Shown piece after piece: positions 54,078 through 64,000 of a DNA stretch of 64,000 nt (position 1 is its first letter; each line of letters begins with the position of its first letter). Both the position numbers and the translations under genes were made by a program. This stretch comes from an uncultured Spirochaetota bacterium (GTDB lineage Bacteria > Spirochaetota > Spirochaetia > SZUA-6 > Fen-1364): positions 39,780 to 103,779 of the forward strand of contig CAWJRT010000016.1 of NCBI GenBank assembly GCA_963845325.1. The letters are read 5' to 3'. The notes below the pieces were generated by a model. The model had not been told where the DNA came from, made no database searches, and saw only the letters and a list, made by a program, of their open reading frames with translations.

Positions 54078-54322
54078 ATGATGAGGTCGAGCTCGCGCTC
54101 CATGTCCGTTAGGATTTCCTGGAGCGTGCGCAGGCGGTGCAGGTAGTCTTCTTCGCCCTGCGCAACGCATTCACCCGCCGGCTCATCGATGAGCCCGGGA
54201 AGGTCGCTGCCGAAGAGAGACCTGTCTTCGCTCTGTCCGAACTCGTAGCCGCAGTGCGGACAGTACTCGAAGGCTTCGTCCACGTTTTTCCCGCAAAAAA
54301 GGCAGGATTTCAGCTCCCCCAT
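53980..54322 (-). CDS. Zinc-ribbon hypothetical protein with an acidic/helical C-terminal region. The 3' end is unresolved.
   Basis: It starts MGELKSCLFCGKNVDEAFEYCPHCGYEF, a CxxC...CxxC zinc ribbon. The reading frame becomes ambiguous inside the tandem repeat at 53978-54077. Confidence 0.45.
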
Positions 54323-54446
54323 GGCCTCAAGTATAGTCGGCCCTGCCGGGGGATGCAAGAAAAAGTGCGTCTATTCGAGCTGGACGGTCAGAAAAATGGG
54401 CGCCCGTCCCGGGGCGCCCTGGTGCTGGAACATGATGAGCCGCAAA

Positions 54447-55522
54447 TCAGCGCAGCTTCAGGATCTCCTCGATCGCGCCAAGCAGCTCGTCGATATCGGT
54501 CATCTGCAGGTCGCCCATGTGCGCGATGCGGAACGTCTTTTCCTTGAGCTTTCCGTAGCCGTTGGAGAGGGTGAGGTTGCGCTTGCCAAGCTCCTTGTTG
54601 AGGTCTGCCACGGAGATGCCCTTCGTGTTCTTGATGCAGGTCACCGTCCCGGAGGCGTACTTCTCCACGGGGTAGAGTGCGAAATGCTTCTTCGCCCAGT
54701 CCTGCACGCGCTTGGCCATGGCGGCGTGGCGCGCGAACCGAGCATCGATTCCTTCCTTCATGATCCTGTCCGTCTGCATGTCCAGGGCGAACATGTGTGA
54801 GATGCTCATCGTGGAAGGGTACTGGAAGTTCTTCTCACGGATGAACGCAAGAAGCTGGAGCAGGTCGAAATAGTACCCGCGGTTCGACACCGACTGGGCG
54901 CGCTTCTCCGCCTTGGGCGAGAAGGTGGCCAGGCTGAGTCCCGGCGGGAGGCCGAGGCACTTCTGGCTGGAGGTCACCATCACGTCGACGCCGAGTGCAT
55001 CAACGTCCACTTTCATGCCGCCGAAGGAAGACACGGCATCGATGCACCAGACGATATCCGGGTACTTCCGGAAACCGGCGCCAGCTCCTCCAGGTGGTTC
55101 ATCACGCCGGTGGAGGTCTCGCTGTGCGTGAGCGTCGCGCAGTCGTACTTGCCCGTGGAGAGATACTGGTCGATCATCTGCGGGGTCAGCCCCTCGCCCC
55201 ACTCCACTTCGTGCTTGTCCGCGGCAACCCCGTTCCCCTGGGCGATCTCGAACCAGCGATTGCCGAACGTGCCCACGGAGAACACGATGGCCCGCCTAGC
55301 CGTGCAGCAGCGGATGGCCCCTTCCATGAGCCCGCTCCCCGAGGAGGCGGAAAACAGCACGGGATGAGACGTGAAGGCGAGCTTCTGGATCTTCTCCGTG
55401 ACGCGCTTCTGCAGCTCGGAGTAGTCGCCGCTCCTGTGCCCGATCATGGGAAGGGACATTGCCTTCAGGACATCAGGGTGAACTTCGATTGGACCAGGAA
55501 TGAACAGCTTCTTGTGGGGCAT
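54447..55522 (-). CDS. Class V aminotransferase (serine--pyruvate / alanine--glyoxylate aminotransferase-like), with a frameshift at ~55080.
   Basis: The N-terminal part is MPHKKLFIPGPIEVHPDVLKAM. The PLP-lysine region is VMVTSSQKCLGLPPGLS. The parts are in ORFs 55013..55570 and 54447..55202. Confidence 0.75.
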
Positions 55523-55602
55523 GAGTTCCTCTCTGGAAATCAAATTTGCATAATCATACGGAGATCGCAAAAAGAGTCAAGCTGGATATCGTGAATGAAT
55601 TC

Positions 55603-57095
55603 TCAATCTATTTCAGCCTCCAGCTCTGCCGCGAGCGAATCTGGATAGTGCGCATCGACAAACAATTGAAACTGGCGCGCTGCCTGGGCAACCAGCATCT
55701 GCCGGCCGATATACAACCCTGCAGCCCGCCTCTCAGCCCGGCGCAGAAGCCGGGTCTTCCCGAGGTGAATACACCAGCTCATAAACTGTCTCTGCGCCGC
55801 TGAACGCGAGGCCCGGGGCAGGGTCCACGTCCTCACGGGGGGACATGCCGGCGCTCGTGGTCTGCACGACGAGGTCGGCGTAGTCCTTTCCGCTTTCGAA
55901 TCCCGCCGCGTCCAGTCCCCCGGCGCGAGCGCCGAATGCCTCCGCGAGACTCGCGGGCGTTCTCGACCGTCCTGTTCAGCACGAGCACGCGGGCTCCTGC
56001 GCTGCTGAGGGCGGCGACAACCGAGCGCGCAGCGCCCCCGGCGCCGATGACGGTTGCCCCCAGCCCGGCGGGATTGCGCCGCCGAACATCGCGCGCAGCG
56101 GAGCAAGGAAGCCCTCGCCATCCGTATTGGTCCCGGTCCAGGAGCCGCCCGCCCCCGTGCGAATGAGCGTGTTGCAGGCCCCGACCCGGCCGCACGTGCG
56201 CATCGCCCTGGACCATCGGGCCCAGCACCGCCTGCTTGTGCGGCGACGGTCACGGAAAGCCCCTCACCTGCAGCGCATCGGCGACCTTCCAGAAGCCGTC
56301 GAGGTCCGGAACCTGAGAAACGGAAGATACACGGCGTCGATGCCCAGGGCGCTGAACCCGCGATTGTGGATCAGCGGAGACCGCGAGTGCATCACCGGAT
56401 TGCCAATGACGCCAAAAATCGCCGTGGAGCGGCCGATGGACCTGAATCGATACACATCCTCCAGGCTGACCGGCGTGACCTGCCCGGGCGCCACGGCCCG
56501 GGCCGTGGGTGATGCGTAGCACCATGACGAACCGAGATGCGGGGCGAGAACCCGGGTGGGAAACCCGATGTCGCCCATGCCGAGGAGGACTCTTTCCCGG
56601 TGCGCCGCCGCATGGAACACCTGGAGAAGCTCCGCAAGCTGGGCGCACGTCGTCGGAGTCACGGCGGCCTTCGGAATCTCGTGCGGTCCCCGCGCAAGGG
56701 CGGCAGAACCGGGCGGCAAAGCCCCGGGGGAACGCCGGAGAAGTCATGGAGCGACCTCACGATCCGCGCCCCGCTCCGCCTGATGACTTCCTCCAACGCG
56801 GGGGCCTGCAGGTCCTCCTCGATATCGACGTAGGCGAAGCCCCGGCCGGCGAGCCGCTGCAGAAGCGCCAGGCGGTCCTGCTCCGTCCCGTCGAACTTTC
56901 CCCCGTCCCGCACACGGCGCACGGTGAGAATGACAGGAAGCCCGGCGCGCGCCGGGCAGCCGGCCGGCCGCAGCCAGCTCAGCCTCGAGCAGGTGATCTG
57001 CGCGCAGCTCGACGAGATCCACCCGGCCGCGGAAGGTTTCAAGGCTGCGAAGGTCCGCCTCGAGGGTCTCTGCAAGCGAGGACGAGGCAGATCTT
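55603..57095 (-). CDS. aroDE: Bifunctional 3-dehydroquinate dehydratase (type I) / shikimate dehydrogenase, with at least four frameshifts.
   Basis: AroD motifs (KICLVLA...VDLVELRADHL; LPVILTVR; GFAYVDIE; ARIVRSLHDF) are followed directly by AroE motifs (AIFGVIGNPVMHSRSPLIHN; NTLIRTGAGGSWTGTNTDGEGF; VIGAGGAARSVVAAL). The pieces are scattered over ORFs 56659..57075, 56744..57742, 56264..56719, 55976..56203, 55833..56228 and 55603..56253. Confidence 0.65.
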
Positions 57096-57117
57096 TGCCG
57101 CGATGCCGAATCCGCGC

Positions 57118-57571
57118 TCAGAAGTCGCTCCTGTAGACGTAGATGTCCGACAGGTCGCTCCCGGCGAACGACCAGGCGCACGCGGACCGGGAAGCTTCCG
57201 CGCGAGATCGAAATACAGCGAGTCGCCGTTTGCCACGAGGGGGCGCTCCGTGACACGCCGCCTTCCACCTCCTGGCGGCTCATGCCGAGGGACACCCCGT
57301 GAACCACCGCCGTTGAGCGCCGGTCGCACCGCACCTGCCATACCCTGTCCTTGTACCAGAACAGGTACATGTGGTCGGGATAATAGAAGACGACGTCGTC
57401 GCGGGCCTCCTCCGAGCCGCGGAAGGGGAACATGCTCTGGGGAAGCCCGAACGTCTCGACGGCGGATTTCAGCTCCATGCCGATGGCGCGCGTCGGCTCG
57501 ATGGTGTCCGCGCCGGCAGGCAGGAGCGAGGAGGAGGAGGAAAGCCAGGAGGAAGCAGGGTGCGGCGTCTC
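57118..57571 (-). CDS. Small secreted hypothetical protein (frameshifted).
   Basis: It starts MRRRTLLPPG, followed by a hydrophobic signal-like stretch (frame-corrected FLLLLAPAC), then ...FYYPDHMYLFWYKDRVWQV.... Confidence 0.35.
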
Positions 57572-57653
57572 ATGGCAGGCGACAGAGTAGGATCTTTCTC
57601 CTGCGCGTGCAAGCCTTCCCACCGGCTCGCAAAACCGGTAGATTGCAGCCGCA

Positions 57654-58399
57654 ATGATCGCCACCATCGTGAATGCGCTCGCCGTCATCGCGGGCTCTCT
57701 CATCGGGCTGCTCCTGCACGGGCGCATCAAGGACTCGTTCAAGACCGTCGTCTACGTCGGCGCCGGGATCACCTCGCTCATCATCGGGATCCAGATGGCG
57801 ATGAGCTCATCCAAGATCGTGTACCTCGCGCTGTCGCTCATCATCGGCGGCATCCTCGGCACGTGGTGGCGGATCGAGGACGGGATCCTCTCCCTCGGCG
57901 AAGCCCTGAAGCGCACGTTCGCGCGCCGGGACAACGGCAAGGACTTCGCCTTCGGGTTCCTCAACGCGTCGGTGCTGTTCTGTGTCGGGGCGATGGCGCT
58001 CGTGGGCTCGTTCAAGGCAGGGGCGGAAGGCAACTACGACCTGATCTTCACGAAGTCAGTCATGGACGGGTTCATGTCCATCGTGTTCACCGCGGCAATG
58101 GGGATCGGCGTCATCTTTTCCGCCCTCTCGGTCCTCGTCTACCAGGGCCTGCTGACCATCGCGGCGGTCTGGCTGAAGCCGCTGGTGAGCGCGGAGCTGC
58201 TCAAGGAGCTCACCGGGCGTGGGCGGCGCGCTGGTCATCATGATCGGGATCAACCTGCTGGGACTGGCAAAGCTGAAGACCGCGAACTTCCTGCCCGCGC
58301 TCCTGCTCATCGTGCTGTTCGTGGTCGGCGAAGGATTCGCGCGTCTCACCATCATCTGCTCGGATTGTGAGCGAGCGGGGCCGCACGGAGTGCCGTGAT
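57654..58399 (+). CDS. DUF554-family membrane protein (YdfK/YqgA-like), with a frameshift at ~58215.
   Basis: It starts MIATIVNALAVIAGSLIGLLL, typical of DUF554, and has about six TM helices. The C-terminal region continues in the +1 frame (...GVGGALVIMIGINLLGLAKL...). Confidence 0.6.
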
Positions 58400-60950
58400 C
58401 AGCCCCACTTCACCAGCCCGGGGAGGAACGGATGCACGAGCGCCGGGTGCTTGGGCAGGATGCGCACCGTGAAACCCTGCCGCCCGGTGCGGTCGCAGGT
58501 CACCTCCGCGCAGTACAGGGCCGCCGTTCCCTCTCGTCCCGCAGGGGGTCATCTCCAGCCGCCGCGGCGTGCTCGATTTCTCCCTGTGACGACAGCGGCC
58601 CGTAGTACAGCTCCACGCCCAGCTCTTCCGGTGCGAGGTCGGCCAGGAAGATGCGCGCCTGCACCGAGATCGTGTCTCCGATGGAAAGGATCCTCTCGGA
58701 AGGGGAGGTGATTTCCTCGATCCGCAGCGCATCCCAGCTGTCGCGGAGCTTCGCCAGGTACGCCGGCGGCGTCCCGGCAGAGCGCGCAGCTCTTCGTGCA
58801 TGAGCTTCTGCGCATTCGCCACGGCGGGAGAGTAGAAGGTGCCTGCGTATTCCAGGAGCATGCGGTGGCTGCTGAAGCGCTTCCCGACGTCCCGCATCGA
58901 CTCCTTCATCCTGCGGATCCACTCGCGCGGCAGCCCGTCCATGCCCCTCGCGTAGAACAGGGGGATGATCTCACGCTCCAGGAGGTCGTACAGGGCTTCG
59001 CCCTCCACCTCGTCCTGCAGGGCGTGGTCCTCGTACTCCTCTCCCCTCCCGATGGCCCACCCGATGTGCGTGGAGTACGCCTCGTCCCACCACCCGTCGA
59101 GGATGGAGAGGTTCAGCGTGCCGTTCATCGCCGCCTTCATGCCGCTGGTGCCGCTGGCTTCCAGCGGGCGGCGCGGGCGTGTTCAGCCACAGGTCGCTGC
59201 CCGAGGTCAGGTAGCGCGACATCGTCATGTCGTAGTCTTCGAGGAACACGATCCTGCTGGCCACGCGAGGGTCGCTTGCAAAGTGAACAAGCTTCTTGAT
59301 GATCTCCTTCCCCGCCAGGTCGTGCGGGTGCGCCTTGCCCGGCGAAGATCATCTGGATGGGTCTCTCCTTGTCGGTGAGCAGGCGAATCAGGCGGTCCGG
59401 GTCCGCGAGGAGCAGGTCGGCCCGCTTGTAGGATGCGAACCGGCGGGCAAAGCTGATGGTCAGCGTGTAGGGAGAAAGTGCATCCGCGCCGCGGGCGAGC
59501 TCGGAGTTGGTGACCCCGCGGCGCGCAAGCTGCTGCTGCAGACGCGTGCGGGCGAATGCCACCATCCTCTCGCGCCGCCGCTCGTGCGTGCGCCACAGCT
59601 CCTCGTCGGAAACGCGGTCGATCCTGTCCCAGACGTCAAGGTTCGTCGGCGTGTCGTGGAACTCGGGGCCGAAATACCGGTCCAGGAGGTCGATCATGTC
59701 GTGCGTCACCCACGTCCGCGGGATGTACGCCGTTGGTGATGTGCGAGATCGGGATCTCGTCAATCGGCAGCGACGGCCAGATCCTGTGCCACATCGCGCG
59801 GGAGACAACGCCGTGCAGCCGGCTCACCGCGTTGTTGAACGCGGACATGCGCAGCGCCAGCACGGTGAGGCAGAAATCCTCCCCGTCGTTGTTCGGGTCC
59901 TCGCGCCCGAGGGCCAGGAACTCTTTCCACTGACAGCCCCAGCTCGCGCGCCGCTCCGCCGAAGTACTTCTCCATGAGAGCCGGGCGCAAAGCGTTCGTT
60001 TCCCGCCGGCACCGGCGTGTGCGTGGTGAACACGTTCGTGGACCACACGCACTGCCACGCCTCGGCGAATGTCAGCTTGTTCTTCGAGCATCAGCTCGCG
60101 GATGCGCTCCAGGCCGAGGAAAGCGGAGTGGCCCTCGTTCATGTGCATGCAGGCCGCCGGGATCCCCAGCGCGCGCAGCGCCCGGATTCCGCCGATCCCG
60201 AGGAGGATTTCCTGCTGGATGCGGATCTCGCGGTCTCCCCCGTACAGGGAGGCGGTGATGAGCCGCAGCGGCTCGGGATTTGCCTCGATGTTCGTATCCA
60301 GCAGGTACAGGGAGTTCCTGCCGACCGCCACCCTCCAGATCCACGCAGTCACGCTTGCCGTCCCCAGTTCCACGTGCACGGTCACGGGCGCTCCCTGTGC
60401 ATCGCGGCAGAGGGTGACGGGCATGTTGTACCAGTCGTTCTCCGGGTAGGACTCCTGCTGGAAGCCGTCCACGTTCAGGTACTGCTGGAAGTACCCCTGG
60501 CGGTAGAGCAGGCCGACGCCCACCAGCGGCAGGCCCAGGTCCGACGAGGTCTTCATGTGGTCGCCGGACAGCATCCCGAGCCCGCCCGAATAGACCGGCA
60601 GGGCAACGTCCAGCCCGTACTCCATGGAGAAGTACGCAATCGCCGCATCCGCAGGGCCCTTGTACCAGCGTTCCGCGCCAAGGTAGCGCTGGAACTTGGC
60701 CCAGACGGCGGCCAGCGCGGCAAGGAAGGAATCATCGCGCGCGGCCTGTTCGAGCTTCTCCTGCGCCACCATTCCCAGCATCCGCACCGGGTTCTGCCGC
60801 GAGGCCAGCCACGCGTCGTAGTCCAGCCGCATGAAGAGCATGATCGCCTCGTAGTTCCAGCTGATCCAGATGTTGTGGGCGAGCTCATCGAGCGTCTTCA
60901 GGGGGGCGGGAATGTTCGGTTTGATCGTGAAGGCAAGGGATGCCCATGGA
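58352..60950 (-). CDS. glgP: Alpha-glucan phosphorylase (GlgP-type, TIGR02094-like), with multiple frameshifts. The start is approximate.
   Basis: The N-terminal region FTIKPNIPAPLKTLDELAHNIWISWN is in ORF 59636..61033. The middle region is in ORF 59137..59808. The C-terminal region KAAMNGTLNLSILDGWWDEAY...GWAIG is in ORF 58352..59140. Confidence 0.7.
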
Positions 60951-61016
60951 GCACCATGGTAAGTGAAAATCAGCGCGCGCTGTACAGTGACGTGCGCGCC
61001 CGCGTATACATTCACC

Positions 61017-62450
61017 CCGATGGGAATCTTCAAGTCCTACGACATCCGCGGCGTCTTCAACCGGGAATGGAACGGGGCCACCGCGCGCGCCATCGGCAGG
61101 CACCTCCCCGGACCTGCTGGAGGCCCGGACGGATTGCCGTCGGACGGGACGTGCGCCTTTCATCGGAGGAGGTGTTCACGCGAGCTCACCCGCGGCATCA
61201 CCGAGGCGGGCTGCGACGTCGCGGACATCGGGCTATGCGACACGCCCGGCGGTCTATTTCGCAACCGCCCACTACGGCCTGGACGGGAGCGTGATGATCA
61301 CCGCGTCCCACAACCCTCCGGAGTACAATGGGCTGAAGGTATCGCGGCGAATGGCCGTCCCTGTGGGTTACGACACTGGCCTTGCGGAGCTGGAGCGCAC
61401 GGTTGCTGACGGCGTTCCCGTGTCCCCACCGGCGCGGCCCGGCAGCGTCAGCACCCTGGATATCAGGGCTGACTACCTGGCTCACCTGGCAAAGTTCACG
61501 TCCGACCTCATCCCGCCTGAAAGCGGTCATCGACTGCTCCAACGGGATGGCGGGACTTTTCCTGCGGGACGTGCTGAAGAATACCGGCCTGCGCTACTCG
61601 CTGATGTTCGACGAGCCCGACGGGCAGGTTTCCCAACCATGCCCCCAACCCGCTTGTGGAAGAGAACCTCGCGCAGCTGAAAAAACGCGTGAAGGAGGAA
61701 AGCGCAGACCTGGGGATCTGTTTCGACGGGGACGCCGACCGCGTGATGTTCGTGGACGAAACCGGCGCGTTCATCTCGCCGGACCTGCTCATCGGTTTCC
61801 TGGGCACCTACTATTTCACGCTCCATCCCGAACGGCGCGCCGGATCGAGCAGGGTCATGACATACGACGTGCGCTCATCCCGCGGCGTCGTGGAGTTCCT
61901 GGAGGGGCTCGGCGCGGAGCCGACCATCTGCAAGGTGGGACATTCGTTTGCGAAAAAGCTCCTGCGGGACACGGACGGGATCGCCGGAGGCGAGCTCGCC
62001 GGGACACTACTATTTCCGGGAGAACTTCTTCTGCGACTCGGGAATGATCGCGGCCCTGATCATCATGGAGGTCCTGGCGGCGGACGGCAGGCCCTTCTCC
62101 CGCGCAGTCGCCGAGATCGGCCGCTATCATTTTTCCGGCGAGATGAACTTCACGGTGCCAAACGGCCCGGCGATCCTGCAGCGCGTGAAATCGGACTACC
62201 CCGACGGGCGCGCTCACCGACCTGGACGGAATACGGATCGACTTTCCCGACTGGTGGTTCAACCTGCGCGTCTCCAACACCGAGCCCCTCCTTCGGCTGG
62301 TCGTGGAGGCCAGGACGAAAGAGGGGCTCGAGGAAAAGAAAGCCGAGCTGGTGGAGAAAGATCCGGCGCTACGTCCGTGTAGCCGGAAGCCGCCGCGGCG
62401 CACTGCTTCTGCACTACTCCGGAGGGATCACCAGCTGCCAGCCCGGGTAG
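61017..62450 (+). CDS. Phosphoglucomutase/phosphomannomutase-family protein, with multiple frameshifts. The 3' end is approximate.
   Basis: It starts MGIFKSYDIRGVF. It has the active-site TASHNPPEYNG(LK) at 61294-61340 and the Mg-binding FDGDADR at ~61720. The parts are in ORFs 60963..61409, 61291..61680 and 61656..62450. Confidence 0.75.
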
Positions 62451-64000
62451 ATCAGGTCCGGGTTCTGGATCAGCTTGCGGTTCCTCCGCCAGATATTGGG
62501 CCACTTGTACGGGTCCCCGTAGATGTCCTTGTACTCGGCGATCCGCCAGAGGCAGTCACGCCGATCCGGGATCAGGCGAACGGTGTAGACGCCCTTCACG
62601 GCATATGACTTGTAGATGTCGATGTACCGCTGCGCCTCGTTGAAGTAGTCCAGCGCCTTGCCGTAGTTGCCCGCCTGCTTTTCCTTCAAGCCCTGCGACC
62701 ACAGGTCACGCGCCTGCTGCAGAAGGCTCACGGTGCTCGTCATCCGCCATGACGACGGTGCTCTGGTCCGTCGGAATGGCCATGGACTGGCCGACCGGGG
62801 TCTGCTTCTTCTGCTCCTCCTGCATCATGCGGTCTATTTCCTTGAGGAAATCCTCGTCCTTCCAGTTCTGCGGCTTGACCACGGTGCCGTCTTCCGTGAC
62901 GACCGTGAGGCTGGAGGCATCCACCAGGGCCTTCATGACCTGCTCCTGCATGGCCTCGGCCTTCTTCTTCTGCGCCGCCTGGGAGCCGTCCCGCGCTTCT
63001 CGGGCGATGCGGATGGTGTCCTTTGCCGCCTCGCGGGCCGCCCCGAAGTTCTCCTCCGCGTCGTCCAGCTTGTAGCCTTGGAGCGAATCCACGCCCGCAG
63101 GTACAGTGAGGTCACCTTGTCCTTCTGTTCCGGCGCGTACTGTACAGCTCTTCCGATTCCGCCTGCTTCATGAGCTGCTCGGTCTCATACTTCACGGACT
63201 TCACCGCGGCCAGGCGCGATTCCAGCCGGTTGCCGAGATCCGTCATTTCCTTCAGCGCCTGGTAGGCGCGCGCGCGGGCGCCGGAGTAGTCCTTGTTCTC
63301 GCAGAGAGCAGCCGACTCATCGATGCCCGCCGTGGCCTTCTGGAAGTCGTCGGGAAGGAACTTGTCCGCTTCGAGGGCGAGCAGCCTGTTGCGCGCGGCT
63401 TCGAGGTTCGCGGCCATGACCGCTGCCGACTTCTCCACGGAGTTCGTGAACGCAAGGTCCGCCTTGTCCTTGGAGTCAGACAGCTTCTGGCGCGCCGCTG
63501 CGGGATCGCTCGTCCTCAGGCTGACCCCTTCATCCAGCAGCTGCCGCGCAGAGTCGTAGTTGTCCGGATCGAAGTAGTCCGCGTCCACCTCCCTGGCCCG
63601 GGCCAGCGCGTTGCGCGCGGCATCGATTTCCGCGTCTGTGACCGGAGGTACCTCTGCCTTGATGGTAAACTCCGCGCTTGCCACCGCGGAGTTCGTCATT
63701 GACTGCTTTACACCCACGGCCATGATGGTCTGCGACGTTGTGATGGAGATCGGCCCGGTATACAGGACTCCGCTTGCCGGATCCGGCTGGCTTCCATCCG
63801 TGGTGTAGTAGATCTGCGCGCCCTCGGTGGCGGTAGTCAGGGTGACGGTGGCGGAACGGTCGTACGCGCCGCCGGAGGGTCGAATTGCACCGCCGCGACT
63901 ACGCCGCTGATGGTGAACGTCGCGCTCACAACGGGAGAGTCGGTCCAGCCTGTCTTTGCCGCAATGGCCCGGATGGTCGTCGTGGCTGACACCTGGATGG
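62414..64000 (-). CDS. Large secreted protein (partial, it continues beyond the window end) with CHB_HEX_C-like Ig repeats, a central coiled-coil/helical region and a C-terminal LysM domain. There are two or more frameshifts.
   Basis: ORF 62414..62743 ends with a LysM-like motif (DCLWRIAEYKDIYGDPYKWPNIWRRN...IYPGWQLVIP). ORFs 62706..63092 and 63112..63723 are helical and Lys/Glu/Ala-rich. Upstream of that, the frame-corrected sequence reads IYYTTDGSQPDPASGVLYTGPISITTSQTIMAVGVKQSMTNSAVASAEFTIKA, which is chitobiase/hexosaminidase C-terminal-like. Confidence 0.5.

Overview
This is a high-GC (~65%) bacterial chromosomal window with dense coding on both strands. The most interesting feature is an ~8.6 kb type I restriction-modification / AbiE abortive-infection defence island (hsdM-abiEi-abiEii-hsdS-hsdR, 16.3-24.9 kb) inserted at the 3' end of alaS. 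The island is bracketed by ~65-bp imperfect direct repeats, and the second repeat is a displaced copy of the alaS 3' end. Its GC content looks lower than the flanking DNA. A near-consensus sigma70 promoter overlapped by a perfect palindrome lies in front of abiEi. 

The rest of the window is housekeeping and envelope genes. All three bacillithiol biosynthesis genes are present: bshC-bshB together at 4.4-6.8 kb, and bshA beside cysE at 43 kb. Other recognisable genes include clpB, pbpC, a short alaS lacking the C-Ala domain, hisB, dinB, polA-coaE, fliS plus a flgN-like gene, prs, an NAD-dependent epimerase, a class-V aminotransferase, a fused aroD-aroE, glgP, pgm/pmm and a GH1 beta-glucosidase. 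There are several secreted or repeat proteins: a PQQ beta-propeller/HEAT protein, a PEGA-repeat S-layer-like protein, a beta-propeller fused to a CE4 deacetylase, CapA, a SPOR protein, and a LysM/CHB_HEX_C protein. An AAA+ ATPase sits next to a large STAND NTPase-TPR protein, with a divergent GHKL-kinase/PilZ gene pair. 

Nearly every long conserved gene is split by one to six frameshifts (clpB about six, aroDE about four, hsdS several, plus glgP, pgm, bgl, pbpC, dinB and fadD). Where I could resolve them they sit at G/C homopolymers. I interpret this as uncorrected sequencing error rather than mass pseudogenisation. Gene ends near frameshifts are therefore approximate, and many long antisense ORFs in the six-frame track are high-GC artefacts.
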